From: Candidatus Zixiibacteriota bacterium
Lineage (GTDB): Bacteria > Zixibacteria > MSB-5A5 > WJJR01
DNA: 17,682 bases
NCBI GenBank assembly: GCA_036170655.1
Contig: JAVHPP010000035.1
Location: forward strand, 1 to 17,682
Direction of reading: 5' to 3'
Part shown: positions 7,437-15,004 of the stretch, piece by piece
Numbering within the stretch: the first letter of the stretch is position 1
How the letters are laid out: the number at the start of each line of letters is the position of its first letter
Notes under the pieces: model-generated
What the model saw: only the letters and a program-made list of their open reading frames with translations
Told to the model about the DNA's origin: nothing
Database searches by the model: none
Position numbers and translations under genes: made by a program

Positions 7437-10265
7437 TCAACGAATCTTGAACGCTCCGGCGGCAGTGAACGGCGCCCAAAAGAACGGGTCCGGCTCTTCG
7501 CCGTGGGCGCGCGCTTCACGAATCTTGTCGATCGCAAAGTCGTGCAATGTCTCCGCGGGGGGGCGTTCCAGATTGCTGTAAAGCCGCTCCATCAGTTCGA
7601 TGGTCACCTGGTCCGAAATCGGCCAAAGCGAACTGACGACGGTGCGCGCACCGGCAACTTCAAACGCCCGGCGCAAACCCAGTGAACTGCCACCAGACTC
7701 GCTGAGGCCGGTCTCACACGCGGAGAGAACCACCATGTCGGTCCCAGTGAAATTGAGCGAGCTCACTTCTTCCGCCGTCAGGATGCCGTCCTCAGCCCCA
7801 GACTTCTGTGCCGTTTCGCTCTTGAGATTGGCTCCGGCGAGAAGCACGCCCGAACGCAGCAACGGACCTTCCCTGATTCTGGATAAATGAGGTCCCCCTT
7901 CAACCCCGGCGTACGAACCGCATTCCCCCGAAATGAAGAATCCGTGCGTCGCGAGATGCACAATCCGATGGCCGGGGGCCACTTGTTTGACGGCCTCCTC
8001 ACACGCCGCCGGTCCCTCAAAAATGACCATGGAGTCGCCACAGTGACGTTTCCACGCATCCGTCACACGGGCGATCTCCCGCCGAGTCCCCGGCAGCTGC
8101 GACACCTTCAGCGAAGCAAACTCCTCACAGGCGCTTGGCACACTGCGAAGGGCGTAAGCCACACCTCTTTCACCCGGATCTGAGAGCAGGCCGGCAACGC
8201 TGGACTGCCGTAACTCCACGGAAGCGTCGTAGTCCGGGTCGCCCAATGCGAACAATGCACGGGTTGGCTCGCGCGTGCCGGGACGGCGAAGCAGATCCCG
8301 CCCCGAATCAACGTAGTGAATCACATGATCCTCAATCAGGTATCGCCCGGCCTGATCCTTGAAGCTGGCAAAAGGAACGTCGTACAGACCCACATCCGTA
8401 GAGATCAGCACGTTCTTATCGGAGGCCACGGCTGAAGCAACCGGGTCCCAAACAAATGTCCTCAGACCTGTCATCGCGTTGTTCCATCGCGCCAGCCACG
8501 TGCGCAGCTCCCCGAGAGCGGCAGACGCGCGCTGCTCCCGCAGGGTTCTATATTCCCGCGTAAGCACGTCAATGTCCTCAACTCTGGTCAAAGATTTGAG
8601 CTCGACGACACCGGAACGGTCGATGACGATCACACCATAACGACTGCTCTCGCTATAGATCGCAGATGGAGTCACATACAGGTATCGGAAGTAGTCCACA
8701 AGGCAGGTACCGGCGGGGAGGCTGGCCCTGATTTCTCTCGTGGTCACATCTTGCGCCAGCCCGGATTGACGCGTGGCGCGCGTGTAACGGGAAATGGCAA
8801 CGAGAACACCTTCTTCCGCCTCCCGCAGCGAATCGATCTGTGGCGATACATCCGGACTAATCGTGCGGAACTGGAGCGTGTTGCGAAAATAGAGTTTGGA
8901 CCCAAAAGCCCGTATCTCCTGCAGGCGCCGACTGAGGTCCCTCGCCGCAGGCTGCGTGCAGTCACGCAGCGCCGATTGCTGCAAGAGAACACCATCCAGC
9001 GCCATCCCCTTGCACGTGAGAATCGCATCGGCAACCAGCCGGGTCTGCGCCGCCGTCTTCTTTGGCGAGTCGAAGTAGTAAGCGATCAGATCGGAAACAC
9101 CGTAATAGACGGTCTCAGCGTAAAGGATTGATTCATAGTCCGCGAGATGTCCGCCGTTGTCCACATAGTCCTGGCGACGCATATGAAGCGCGCGATTGGC
9201 GTACCTGATCGCGTCTTCGTAGCGCCCGGCCAGCCGGTACGAGAATCCCATGTATTCGTAGATCGCCGCGACGTCGTGATGACTCGGGCCGAGACAGGAC
9301 TTGGTCACAGAAAGCGCCTTGCGGTAAAGCGGCTTCGCCTCCGCCAGACGACCCTCAAGCCCCCGCACGTTCGCGAGGTGAAAGCAGGCATCTCCATATT
9401 CGATATGATTGGTCCCCAGCCGCCGCCGGATGATCGAGCGCGCGGCCTGCGCGTGGCGCTCTGCCTCGGGCAGATGGCGTAAATTGACACCCAATGCCGC
9501 CAGTTGATTCTCGATGACACCGACAGCCGGGTGATCGGGCCCTCCGGCCGACGTGGCAACCGATAGCGCCTCATTATAGAGTCGCTCCGCCTCGTCATAA
9601 GCGCCATAGCCGCGCCGGATCCTCGCGAGAGTGGACGTGGCCCTCGCCATGTCCAAAGGCGGCGTCGATCCATCCGCTGAGAAAATCCGATGCGCCTTCG
9701 CGGCAACCAACTCTGCCGCACCGAACCGTCGCAGTTTTTGATAGACTTCGGCCATCCCCTGCAACGCCGGGGCAATAGCAGGCGACTCCTCGCCGCCGCA
9801 CTTCCGCGCAATCGCCATCGCCCGCAGATAGAACGATTCGGCGTCCGGATAGTGCCCCAGAGCAAACTGCGAACGGCCGAGCAGATTCAAGACCGTCAGG
9901 CATTCGACACTATCTCGACCGGACACGGCCTCAGCCAAAGGCAACAGACGGACAAGGAGTGAGTCGGCTGTCCGGTACTTCGACAGCAAAATCAGCATCC
10001 ATGCACGCCGCGCCCCGATCTGTACAGAACGCGCCTTCCCATCAAAACTCGTTGTGTCACTTCGAGTAAGCGCCGTTCGCAGAGCCGTCTCCGCCGCCGC
10101 GTATTCACCGCGTAACTCCAGCGCCCCCGCCCGCTCAAGCACATCCAGACGGCTGTCCTGTGTTCCGGCCTTGGCCGCAACAACGGCGGCGGACACAAAC
10201 ACAACCGCCAACGCGGCCCACAGCACTCCCCTTGCCCGTTTGCGCGCAGGACTCATACGGCTCAT
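7437..10265 (-). CDS. TPR-repeat + CHAT (caspase HetF-associated, clan CD) protease with N-terminal signal/anchor
   Basis: Basic plus hydrophobic N-terminus (ARKRARGVLWAALAVVFVSAAVVAAKA), about 7-8 kinesin-light-chain-type TPRs (e.g. LNLLGRSQFALGHYPDAESFYLRAMAI) and CHAT motifs GDPDY, LPGTRRE, HLATHGFF (catalytic His), VLSACETG (catalytic Cys), SLWPISD, PFFWAPF. Start chosen at ATG 10265 (AGAGGA SD) rather than 10292. Confidence 0.92.
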   Translation of the reverse strand: MSRMSPARKRARGVLWAALAVVFVSAAVVAAKAGTQDSRLDVLERAGALELRGEYAAAETALRTALTRSDTTSFDGKARSVQIGARRAWMLILLSKYRTADSLLVRLLPLAEAVSGRDSVECLTVLNLLGRSQFALGHYPDAESFYLRAMAIARKCGGEESPAIAPALQGMAEVYQKLRRFGAAELVAAKAHRIFSADGSTPPLDMARATSTLARIRRGYGAYDEAERLYNEALSVATSAGGPDHPAVGVIENQLAALGVNLRHLPEAERHAQAARSIIRRRLGTNHIEYGDACFHLANVRGLEGRLAEAKPLYRKALSVTKSCLGPSHHDVAAIYEYMGFSYRLAGRYEDAIRYANRALHMRRQDYVDNGGHLADYESILYAETVYYGVSDLIAYYFDSPKKTAAQTRLVADAILTCKGMALDGVLLQQSALRDCTQPAARDLSRRLQEIRAFGSKLYFRNTLQFRTISPDVSPQIDSLREAEEGVLVAISRYTRATRQSGLAQDVTTREIRASLPAGTCLVDYFRYLYVTPSAIYSESSRYGVIVIDRSGVVELKSLTRVEDIDVLTREYRTLREQRASAALGELRTWLARWNNAMTGLRTFVWDPVASAVASDKNVLISTDVGLYDVPFASFKDQAGRYLIEDHVIHYVDSGRDLLRRPGTREPTRALFALGDPDYDASVELRQSSVAGLLSDPGERGVAYALRSVPSACEEFASLKVSQLPGTRREIARVTDAWKRHCGDSMVIFEGPAACEEAVKQVAPGHRIVHLATHGFFISGECGSYAGVEGGPHLSRIREGPLLRSGVLLAGANLKSETAQKSGAEDGILTAEEVSSLNFTGTDMVVLSACETGLSESGGSSLGLRRAFEVAGARTVVSSLWPISDQVTIELMERLYSNLERPPAETLHDFAIDKIREARAHGEEPDPFFWAPFTAAGAFKIR

Positions 10266-10387
10266 GGCTGCTATCCTCTGATTGGAGCACAATACGACCG
10301 GCTTGGCCAGTTACAAATGACCACCCGATCAATTTTTTTCGATAACACTTCGCCTCGACATGCGACTACAGGTATGGAGGCAGGAGT

Positions 10388-10552
10388 ATGATAAGCCTCC
10401 GGGGTGAATTTGGCAAGCGGTTTAGTCCGAGAGTCAATGTGGATGCCGACAACGTCACATGGAAGATACGATCCCGGTCCATCGGGGATAAATTTCTGCC
10501 CCTGACCGCCGGGAAGTTTGTTGACACGAAGAAAATGGTCCTGTCGAAGTAG
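10388..10552 (+). pseudogene. 54-codon ORF / eroded remnant of a secreted-protein C-terminal (FlgD-Ig/T9SS type-A-like) sorting domain
   Basis: ATG 10388 with GGAGG at 10376-10380. Ends LTAGKFVDTKKMVLSK*. The adjacent frame reads PSGINFC immediately before, so restoring one base near 10500 would give SGIxFCxLTAGKFVDTKKMVLxK. A VTW motif lies upstream. Confidence 0.6.
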
Positions 10553-10580
10553 GGCTCGTGGGATCATGAAGGGGGAACAC

Positions 10581-10615
10581 CCCGCCCCGCCACCACGGCG
10601 GGGCGGGATTTCTTT
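10581..10615 (+). terminator. Intrinsic terminator-like hairpin
   Basis: Perfect 11-bp stem CCCGCCCCGCC / GGCGGGGCGGG, 5-nt loop, tail ATTTCTTT. Begins 28 nt after the TAG at 10552. Confidence 0.65.
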
Positions 10616-10631
10616 GTCCAGCGGCGCTGTT

Positions 10632-10658
10632 GTCGCATGGGCGGGACGCCCATGCGAC
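10632..10658. repeat. REP-like perfect palindrome downstream of the tRNA (possible terminator/stabiliser)
   Basis: GTCGCATGGGCG-GGA-CGCCCATGCGAC, a 12-bp perfect stem about 30 nt past the tRNA 3' end. No U-tract. Confidence 0.6.
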
Positions 10659-10686
10659 TCCAAGATCGCGTGTCTTTTGATGGCAA

Positions 10687-10778
10687 TGGCGGAGAGACCG
10701 GGATTTGAACCCGGGAGGCGGTTTTAGCGCCTACACGCTTTCCAGGCGTGCTCCTTAAGCCAGCTCGGACATCTCTCC
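10687..10778 (-). tRNA. tRNA-Ser(GGA)
   Basis: Reverse complement GGAGAGATGTCCGAGCTGGCTTAAGGAGCACGCCTGGAAAGCGTGTAGGCGCTAAAACCGCCTCCCGGGTTCAAATCCCGGTCTCTCCGCCA: acceptor stem, anticodon loop CT-GGA-AA, long variable arm, TTCAAATC T-loop, G discriminator, encoded CCA. Confidence 0.97.
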
Positions 10779-10792
10779 GGATCTCCAGACGA

Positions 10793-10821
10793 AAATTATT
10801 CTTTTCCGGGCGCGCAGGCAA
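10793..10821 (-). promoter_or_regulatory. Probable sigma70 promoter of tRNA-Ser
   Basis: Minus strand TTGCCT (10821-10816), 17-nt spacer, TAATTT (10798-10793), 14 nt upstream of the mature 5' end. Confidence 0.5.
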
Positions 10822-10962
10822 GGCCTGCTTTTCAGAGACTCCCGGAAAAGGCCGATAACACGAGTGGGGCGCCGTACCGCCGCTTCGCGACATCGTGTCT
10901 TCGCCGGCAATCGTGACACGCGCGCGACGGGACCGGATGCTCGCACATCACGGCCCGACACC

Positions 10963-12333
10963 ATGCGCGACTGTCTCAGGATATTGCATCTGGTCGATGA
11001 CCTCGACGATCCCCATCGGGAAACCATCGCCCACATCGGCCGTCTGATCGGCCATCTCGACCGGCAGCATTTCCAGCCAACCGTGGCGGTCATGTGCCGG
11101 TCTGCCCACGCGGCGGCGGAATCTGTCCACGCATCAGGGTCTGTTGAAAAACCTCCAATCGTCATTCCCGCGAACGCGGGAATCCATCTTCTCTTTCGCC
11201 CATTGCAGTGGGCCCCCGCTTTCGCGGGGGGGACATCACGAGGTATGGACCGCTCGTCAGGTTCTTCAACAAACCCATCAGCAGGAATCGATTCCACCTT
11301 TGACGGAAATGGCCTGCCCTGTCCGGTGACCACCATCGGATTCCCCGGCGCCGTGCTGGAAAAACTCCCGCAGGCCCTCGGCCGGGATTTTCTCTCCCGC
11401 GCACGTCTGGCCCGTGCCATCCGCGCCGGCCATTACGACGTGGTCTGTGCGTATGATCTGACCGCACGGATTGCCGGTCTTCCCGCCGCGCGTGATGCCG
11501 GGGTGGGAGTCCGCATCGCCTGTGTCCGTGATCTGGGGCACACACTGCGACCGCAACAACTGGAAGCATTAAAGAAGGCCAATGCCGCAGCGACATGGTT
11601 TGTCGCCACGTCAGCGGCCGGATCGATGCGGCTTGTGCGTCAGGAAAAGGCGCAGCGAGACCTCGTCGAAGTCATCCCCGGCGGCGTCGAACTGCCGTCC
11701 TGGCCCGAGCGTTCCGCCGCGACCATCGCCGAAGCCAAACATGCCTTCGGCCTGTCGGTGCATCAGCCGGTGATCTTCATGGACGCGCCGATCGTGCCCA
11801 TCAAAGACCACGCGACCTTCCTCGCCGCCGCCGCCTATCTCGCTCCGCTGCATCCGCATGCACGCTTCGTCTGCTTAGGACACGGCACACCGGACGCGCT
11901 GGCGCATCTGCGCCGCGACGCCGCGCAGGCCCGCATCGCGGACCATCTAATCGTGACCGATGAGCTGTCGTCACGTGCGCAGTGGCTGCGAGCCGCCGAT
12001 GTCGCGGTTCTCACGTCCCTGTCCGAAAGCTGCTCCGAGACGCTCCTGTCATACATGGCGGCGGGGCTGCCGATTGTCGCCACGTCCGTGGGCGGCAATC
12101 CCGAACTGATCCGCCACGGCGAGTGTGGCTACCTCTTCGACCCGAAGGAGGCAGACGCTCTCGCCATGCGCATCAACATCTTTCTTCTTGTCGATGATCT
12201 CGCGACTCGCCTCGGCGCCGCCTCCCGCGAACGCGTCCGCACCGAATTCACCGTCGCAAACGAAGTCCGCCGCTGGACCGACACCTGGCGCGCGCTCGTG
12301 TATCTGTCCGCGGACGCGCACTCACAGATGTAG
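10963..12333 (+). CDS. GT4-family (GT-B) glycosyltransferase, degenerate motifs, carrying an in-frame 48-aa MITE insertion
   Basis: N-terminal RILHLVDDL, VEVIPGGVEL, PIKDHATFLAAA, LRAADVAVLTSLSE...YMAAGLPIVATSVGGNPELI..GECGYLF. Start at ATG 10963 inferred from the family N-terminus (the ORF track starts at 10864). Confidence 0.85.
   Translation: MRDCLRILHLVDDLDDPHRETIAHIGRLIGHLDRQHFQPTVAVMCRSAHAAAESVHASGSVEKPPIVIPANAGIHLLFRPLQWAPAFAGGTSRGMDRSSGSSTNPSAGIDSTFDGNGLPCPVTTIGFPGAVLEKLPQALGRDFLSRARLARAIRAGHYDVVCAYDLTARIAGLPAARDAGVGVRIACVRDLGHTLRPQQLEALKKANAAATWFVATSAAGSMRLVRQEKAQRDLVEVIPGGVELPSWPERSAATIAEAKHAFGLSVHQPVIFMDAPIVPIKDHATFLAAAAYLAPLHPHARFVCLGHGTPDALAHLRRDAAQARIADHLIVTDELSSRAQWLRAADVAVLTSLSESCSETLLSYMAAGLPIVATSVGGNPELIRHGECGYLFDPKEADALAMRINIFLLVDDLATRLGAASRERVRTEFTVANEVRRWTDTWRALVYLSADAHSQM
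11137..11276 (+). mobile_element. 140-bp MITE with internal REP doublet, ATCA target-site duplication, inserted in-frame in a CDS
   Basis: TIRs GGGTCTGTTGAAAAACCT / AGGTTCTTCAACAAACCC (16/18 match). ATCA at 11133-11136 and 11277-11280. Ungapped alignment to 7032-7171 gives 117/140 identical by hand count. Confidence 0.92.
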
Positions 12334-12457
12334 ACGTGACGTCGCGTCATCAGATCCGCTCACGATCTGGAAACCCGAGCCTCGCCCCGGTTGATTTGTC
12401 CCATCCCGCCCCGTATGTTGCCGCGCCGTTCCTTGGGAGCGGGGACGTATACACAAG

Positions 12458-14746
12458 ATGGCTGACACGACGACGACAAACGTTGATCCGCATGCTGGCA
12501 CGGATGCGCGCTCGCTGTTGAACGACCTCAACGAGCCGCAGCGCCTCGCCGCCGCCCATGGGCGCGGGCCGCTCTTGATTCTCGCGGGCGCCGGATCGGG
12601 GAAGACACGGGTCATCACCTATCGCATCGCGTACCTGCTGGCACGGGGGATTGGCCCGCGCGAAATCCTCGCCGTGACCTTCACCAACAAAGCCGCGGGC
12701 GAGTTGAAATCGCGCGTGCGGGAGCTGGTCGGCCCGGCGGCCGAATCGGTCTGGGCATCGACCTTTCACTCATTCGCTGCCCGGTTCCTGCGGCTTGAAC
12801 ATGAGGCCGCAGGGTTACCGCGCGATTTCTCCATCTACGATGAAGATGACTCTCTGGGCATGCTCAAGCGCGTGCTCGCGGAACTGGATCTGCCCGCGCG
12901 CACATTCACGCCGGGCGCGGTCAAATCGCGGATCTCCGGCGCCAAGGACCGTTTGCTCGATCCCCCCGCCTTCGCCAACCTCGCAAATGATGACTTTCTC
13001 CGTCAGGTCGCCCGGATTTACGAGGTCTACCAGACCCGCCTGCAAGACGCGGGTGCGGCCGACTTCGATGATCTGATCATGCGCACTGTGCGCACACTGG
13101 AGGATTCCGAGGCGGTGCGCGTGCGCTGGCAGGGACGGTTCACCCATGTGCTGGTTGATGAGTATCAGGACACAAATCTCGCCCAAGTGCGGCTGATCAA
13201 GATTCTCGCCGAGCCCCAGCGCAATCTCTGTGTGGTGGGGGACGACGACCAGTCGATCTATGCCTGGCGCGGCGCCGACATCAAGAATATCCTCGAATTC
13301 GAGAAGTCGTATCCCGAAGCCGTGACCATTCGTCTCGAACAGAACTACCGCTCGCGTCAGAACATCCTCGATGCCGCACACGCCGTTGTCTCGGTCAACA
13401 TCAACCGTCACCCCAAAAAACTCTGGACCGACAAGCCGCCCGGCGAACAGATCACGCTGACGCTCGCGCCTGATGACCGGACGGAGGCGCAGTCGGTCAT
13501 CGAACGAATCCATCACCTTTGCGCGAATGATGGTTTCAGCGGGTCAGACTGCGCGGTGCTGTACCGGACCAATGCCCAGTCGCGTCCGCTGGAGGACGCC
13601 TGCCGTCGCCAGAGTCTGCCCTATATTCTGGTCGGCGGAACCAAGTTTTACCAGCGGGCGGAGATCAAAGACGCGCTCGCGTACATGCACCTGACCATCA
13701 ATGGCCGTGATGCCGCCGCACTACGCCGCATCATCAACCGTCCGCGACGCGGCATCGGCGAGGCCTCACAGGACAAGCTCGACGCAGCGCGGCGGGCCGA
13801 TGGCCGTCCGTGGATCGAGTTCCTTGCCGACACGAAAACGGTGGCCGAGGTGGCAGGATCCCGCTCCGCCGAAGCCTGCCGGCGATTCGCCGCGCTCCTG
13901 ACCGATCTCCAGACGGCGCGTGCCACGATGAATCTCGCCGACTGGTGCCGTTATCTCGTCGACAAAGTTGATCTGAAGAGCGCCTGGGAGGCTGATGACG
14001 AAATCACAAAAGAAAGCCGGAAGGAGAATCTGGATGAACTGGCCGCGGCCCTCGCCGAGTACGAAATGACCAGCGAGACGCCATCCCTGTCGGGTTTCCT
14101 CGAGCAGGCCGCGCTCGTGACTGACATCGATCAGTACGAGACGCGCCAGAACGCCATCACACTGATGACCCTTCATGCGGCCAAGGGGCTGGAATTCCCC
14201 GTCGTGTTCATCACCGGCCTCGAAGAAGGTCTTTTCCCGCTGTCCCGATCGATGGAGACACGCGAGGGGCTGGAGGAAGAACGTCGCTTGTTCTATGTCG
14301 GCGCCACACGGGCGAAGGAACGCCTGTTCCTCACCTACGCCCGCATGCGCATGCGTTTCGGCCTGACGACATCTCTGAAATCCCGCTTTCTTGAAGAAAT
14401 CCCAACCGAATACCTGGAGACTGAGAACCTGATCTCCTGCATGGACCTCGAGCCGGGCGGCACCGGTTACGATGCGCCCGCCCGGACCTGGAAGCATGAG
14501 CCATTCACTCCGGCCAGAAGCGTTCGCACCGTCTCGCGCGCTGGTGCATCGCCGACCCAGCGGACAAACGCGATGGCTTGCGCCATCCAGGCAGGCACCT
14601 GTGTCCGGCACGCGCAGTTCGGTGAAGGTGAGGTGATTGCGGTGCACGGCCAGGGGGACGGCATGACCTGCGACGTGCAGTTCCACGGCGGCTTCACCAA
14701 GACGCTGATGGTCCGTTTCGCGCCTCTGGAGGTCATCCATCAATAG
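12458..14746 (+). CDS. pcrA: ATP-dependent DNA helicase PcrA/UvrD
   Basis: SF1A motifs AGAGSGKT, VTFTNKAA, DEYQD, VGDDDQSIY, LEQNYRS, YRTNAQS, MTLHAAKGLEF, EERRLFYVGATRAK, plus a C-terminal Tudor-like VRHAQFGEGEV. Confidence 0.96.
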   Translation: MADTTTTNVDPHAGTDARSLLNDLNEPQRLAAAHGRGPLLILAGAGSGKTRVITYRIAYLLARGIGPREILAVTFTNKAAGELKSRVRELVGPAAESVWASTFHSFAARFLRLEHEAAGLPRDFSIYDEDDSLGMLKRVLAELDLPARTFTPGAVKSRISGAKDRLLDPPAFANLANDDFLRQVARIYEVYQTRLQDAGAADFDDLIMRTVRTLEDSEAVRVRWQGRFTHVLVDEYQDTNLAQVRLIKILAEPQRNLCVVGDDDQSIYAWRGADIKNILEFEKSYPEAVTIRLEQNYRSRQNILDAAHAVVSVNINRHPKKLWTDKPPGEQITLTLAPDDRTEAQSVIERIHHLCANDGFSGSDCAVLYRTNAQSRPLEDACRRQSLPYILVGGTKFYQRAEIKDALAYMHLTINGRDAAALRRIINRPRRGIGEASQDKLDAARRADGRPWIEFLADTKTVAEVAGSRSAEACRRFAALLTDLQTARATMNLADWCRYLVDKVDLKSAWEADDEITKESRKENLDELAAALAEYEMTSETPSLSGFLEQAALVTDIDQYETRQNAITLMTLHAAKGLEFPVVFITGLEEGLFPLSRSMETREGLEEERRLFYVGATRAKERLFLTYARMRMRFGLTTSLKSRFLEEIPTEYLETENLISCMDLEPGGTGYDAPARTWKHEPFTPARSVRTVSRAGASPTQRTNAMACAIQAGTCVRHAQFGEGEVIAVHGQGDGMTCDVQFHGGFTKTLMVRFAPLEVIHQ

Positions 14747-14808
14747 AGGCTCCCCGGAAACGCTGCCAAGACCCCATCCTGACGCAACCCCCGGCCAGCG
14801 ACAAATCC

Positions 14809-14838
14809 TTGATTTCGTCCCTCCGACTTACGTAAAAT
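14809..14838 (+). promoter_or_regulatory. Probable sigma70 promoter for moaA leader
   Basis: TTGATT (14809-14814), 18-nt spacer, TAAAAT (14833-14838). The predicted start (~14845) falls just before the Moco-like RNA motif. Confidence 0.55.
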
Positions 14839-14846
14839 GCCGTGAC

Positions 14847-14935
14847 AACTCCGAGCCGCATCGACCCCCGTGGCTGGTGCGGACCCGACGGTCGGATGGG
14901 CAACTGCCCGGCCTGCCCGTGATTGGCAAAGGAGA
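14847..14935 (+). ncRNA. Moco/Tuco riboswitch-like RNA motif
   Basis: Begins CTCCGAGC and ends GGCCTGCCCGTGATTGGCAAAGGAG, resembling the Moco motif ends as I recall them (CUCCGAGC...GCCUCCCGU...UGGAAAGGAG). CTCC/GGAG closing pairing, internal stems, and position directly upstream of moaA. Confidence 0.75.
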
Positions 14936-14953
14936 TGAGAGTACGCTAGACCA

Positions 14954-14986
14954 GCCGAACGTGAGGACCTCGCGTTCGGCGTTTTT
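14954..14986 (+). terminator. Intrinsic terminator in moaA 5' leader (attenuator)
   Basis: Stem GCCGAACGTGAG / CTCGCGTTCGGC (12 bp with one G-U), loop GAC, tail GTTTTT. Lies between the RNA motif and ATG 15005. Confidence 0.72.
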
Positions 14987-15004
14987 GTCGCCACCCGGAA
15001 GCAT

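Noticed and set aside
7057..7685. ORFs 7057-7317(-), 7082-7333(+), 7140-7685(+), 7184-7417(-)
   Set aside because: Translations of the palindromic repeats or antisense to the CHAT gene; no family motifs.
10271..10893. ORFs 10271-10663(-), 10518-10727(+), 10564-10893(-)
   Set aside because: They overlap the tRNA, the hairpins or the plus-strand remnant, and show no coding signatures.
10755..11596. Minus-strand ORFs 10755-11420 and 11162-11596
   Set aside because: Antisense to the glycosyltransferase, partly repeat-derived, and one overlaps the tRNA.
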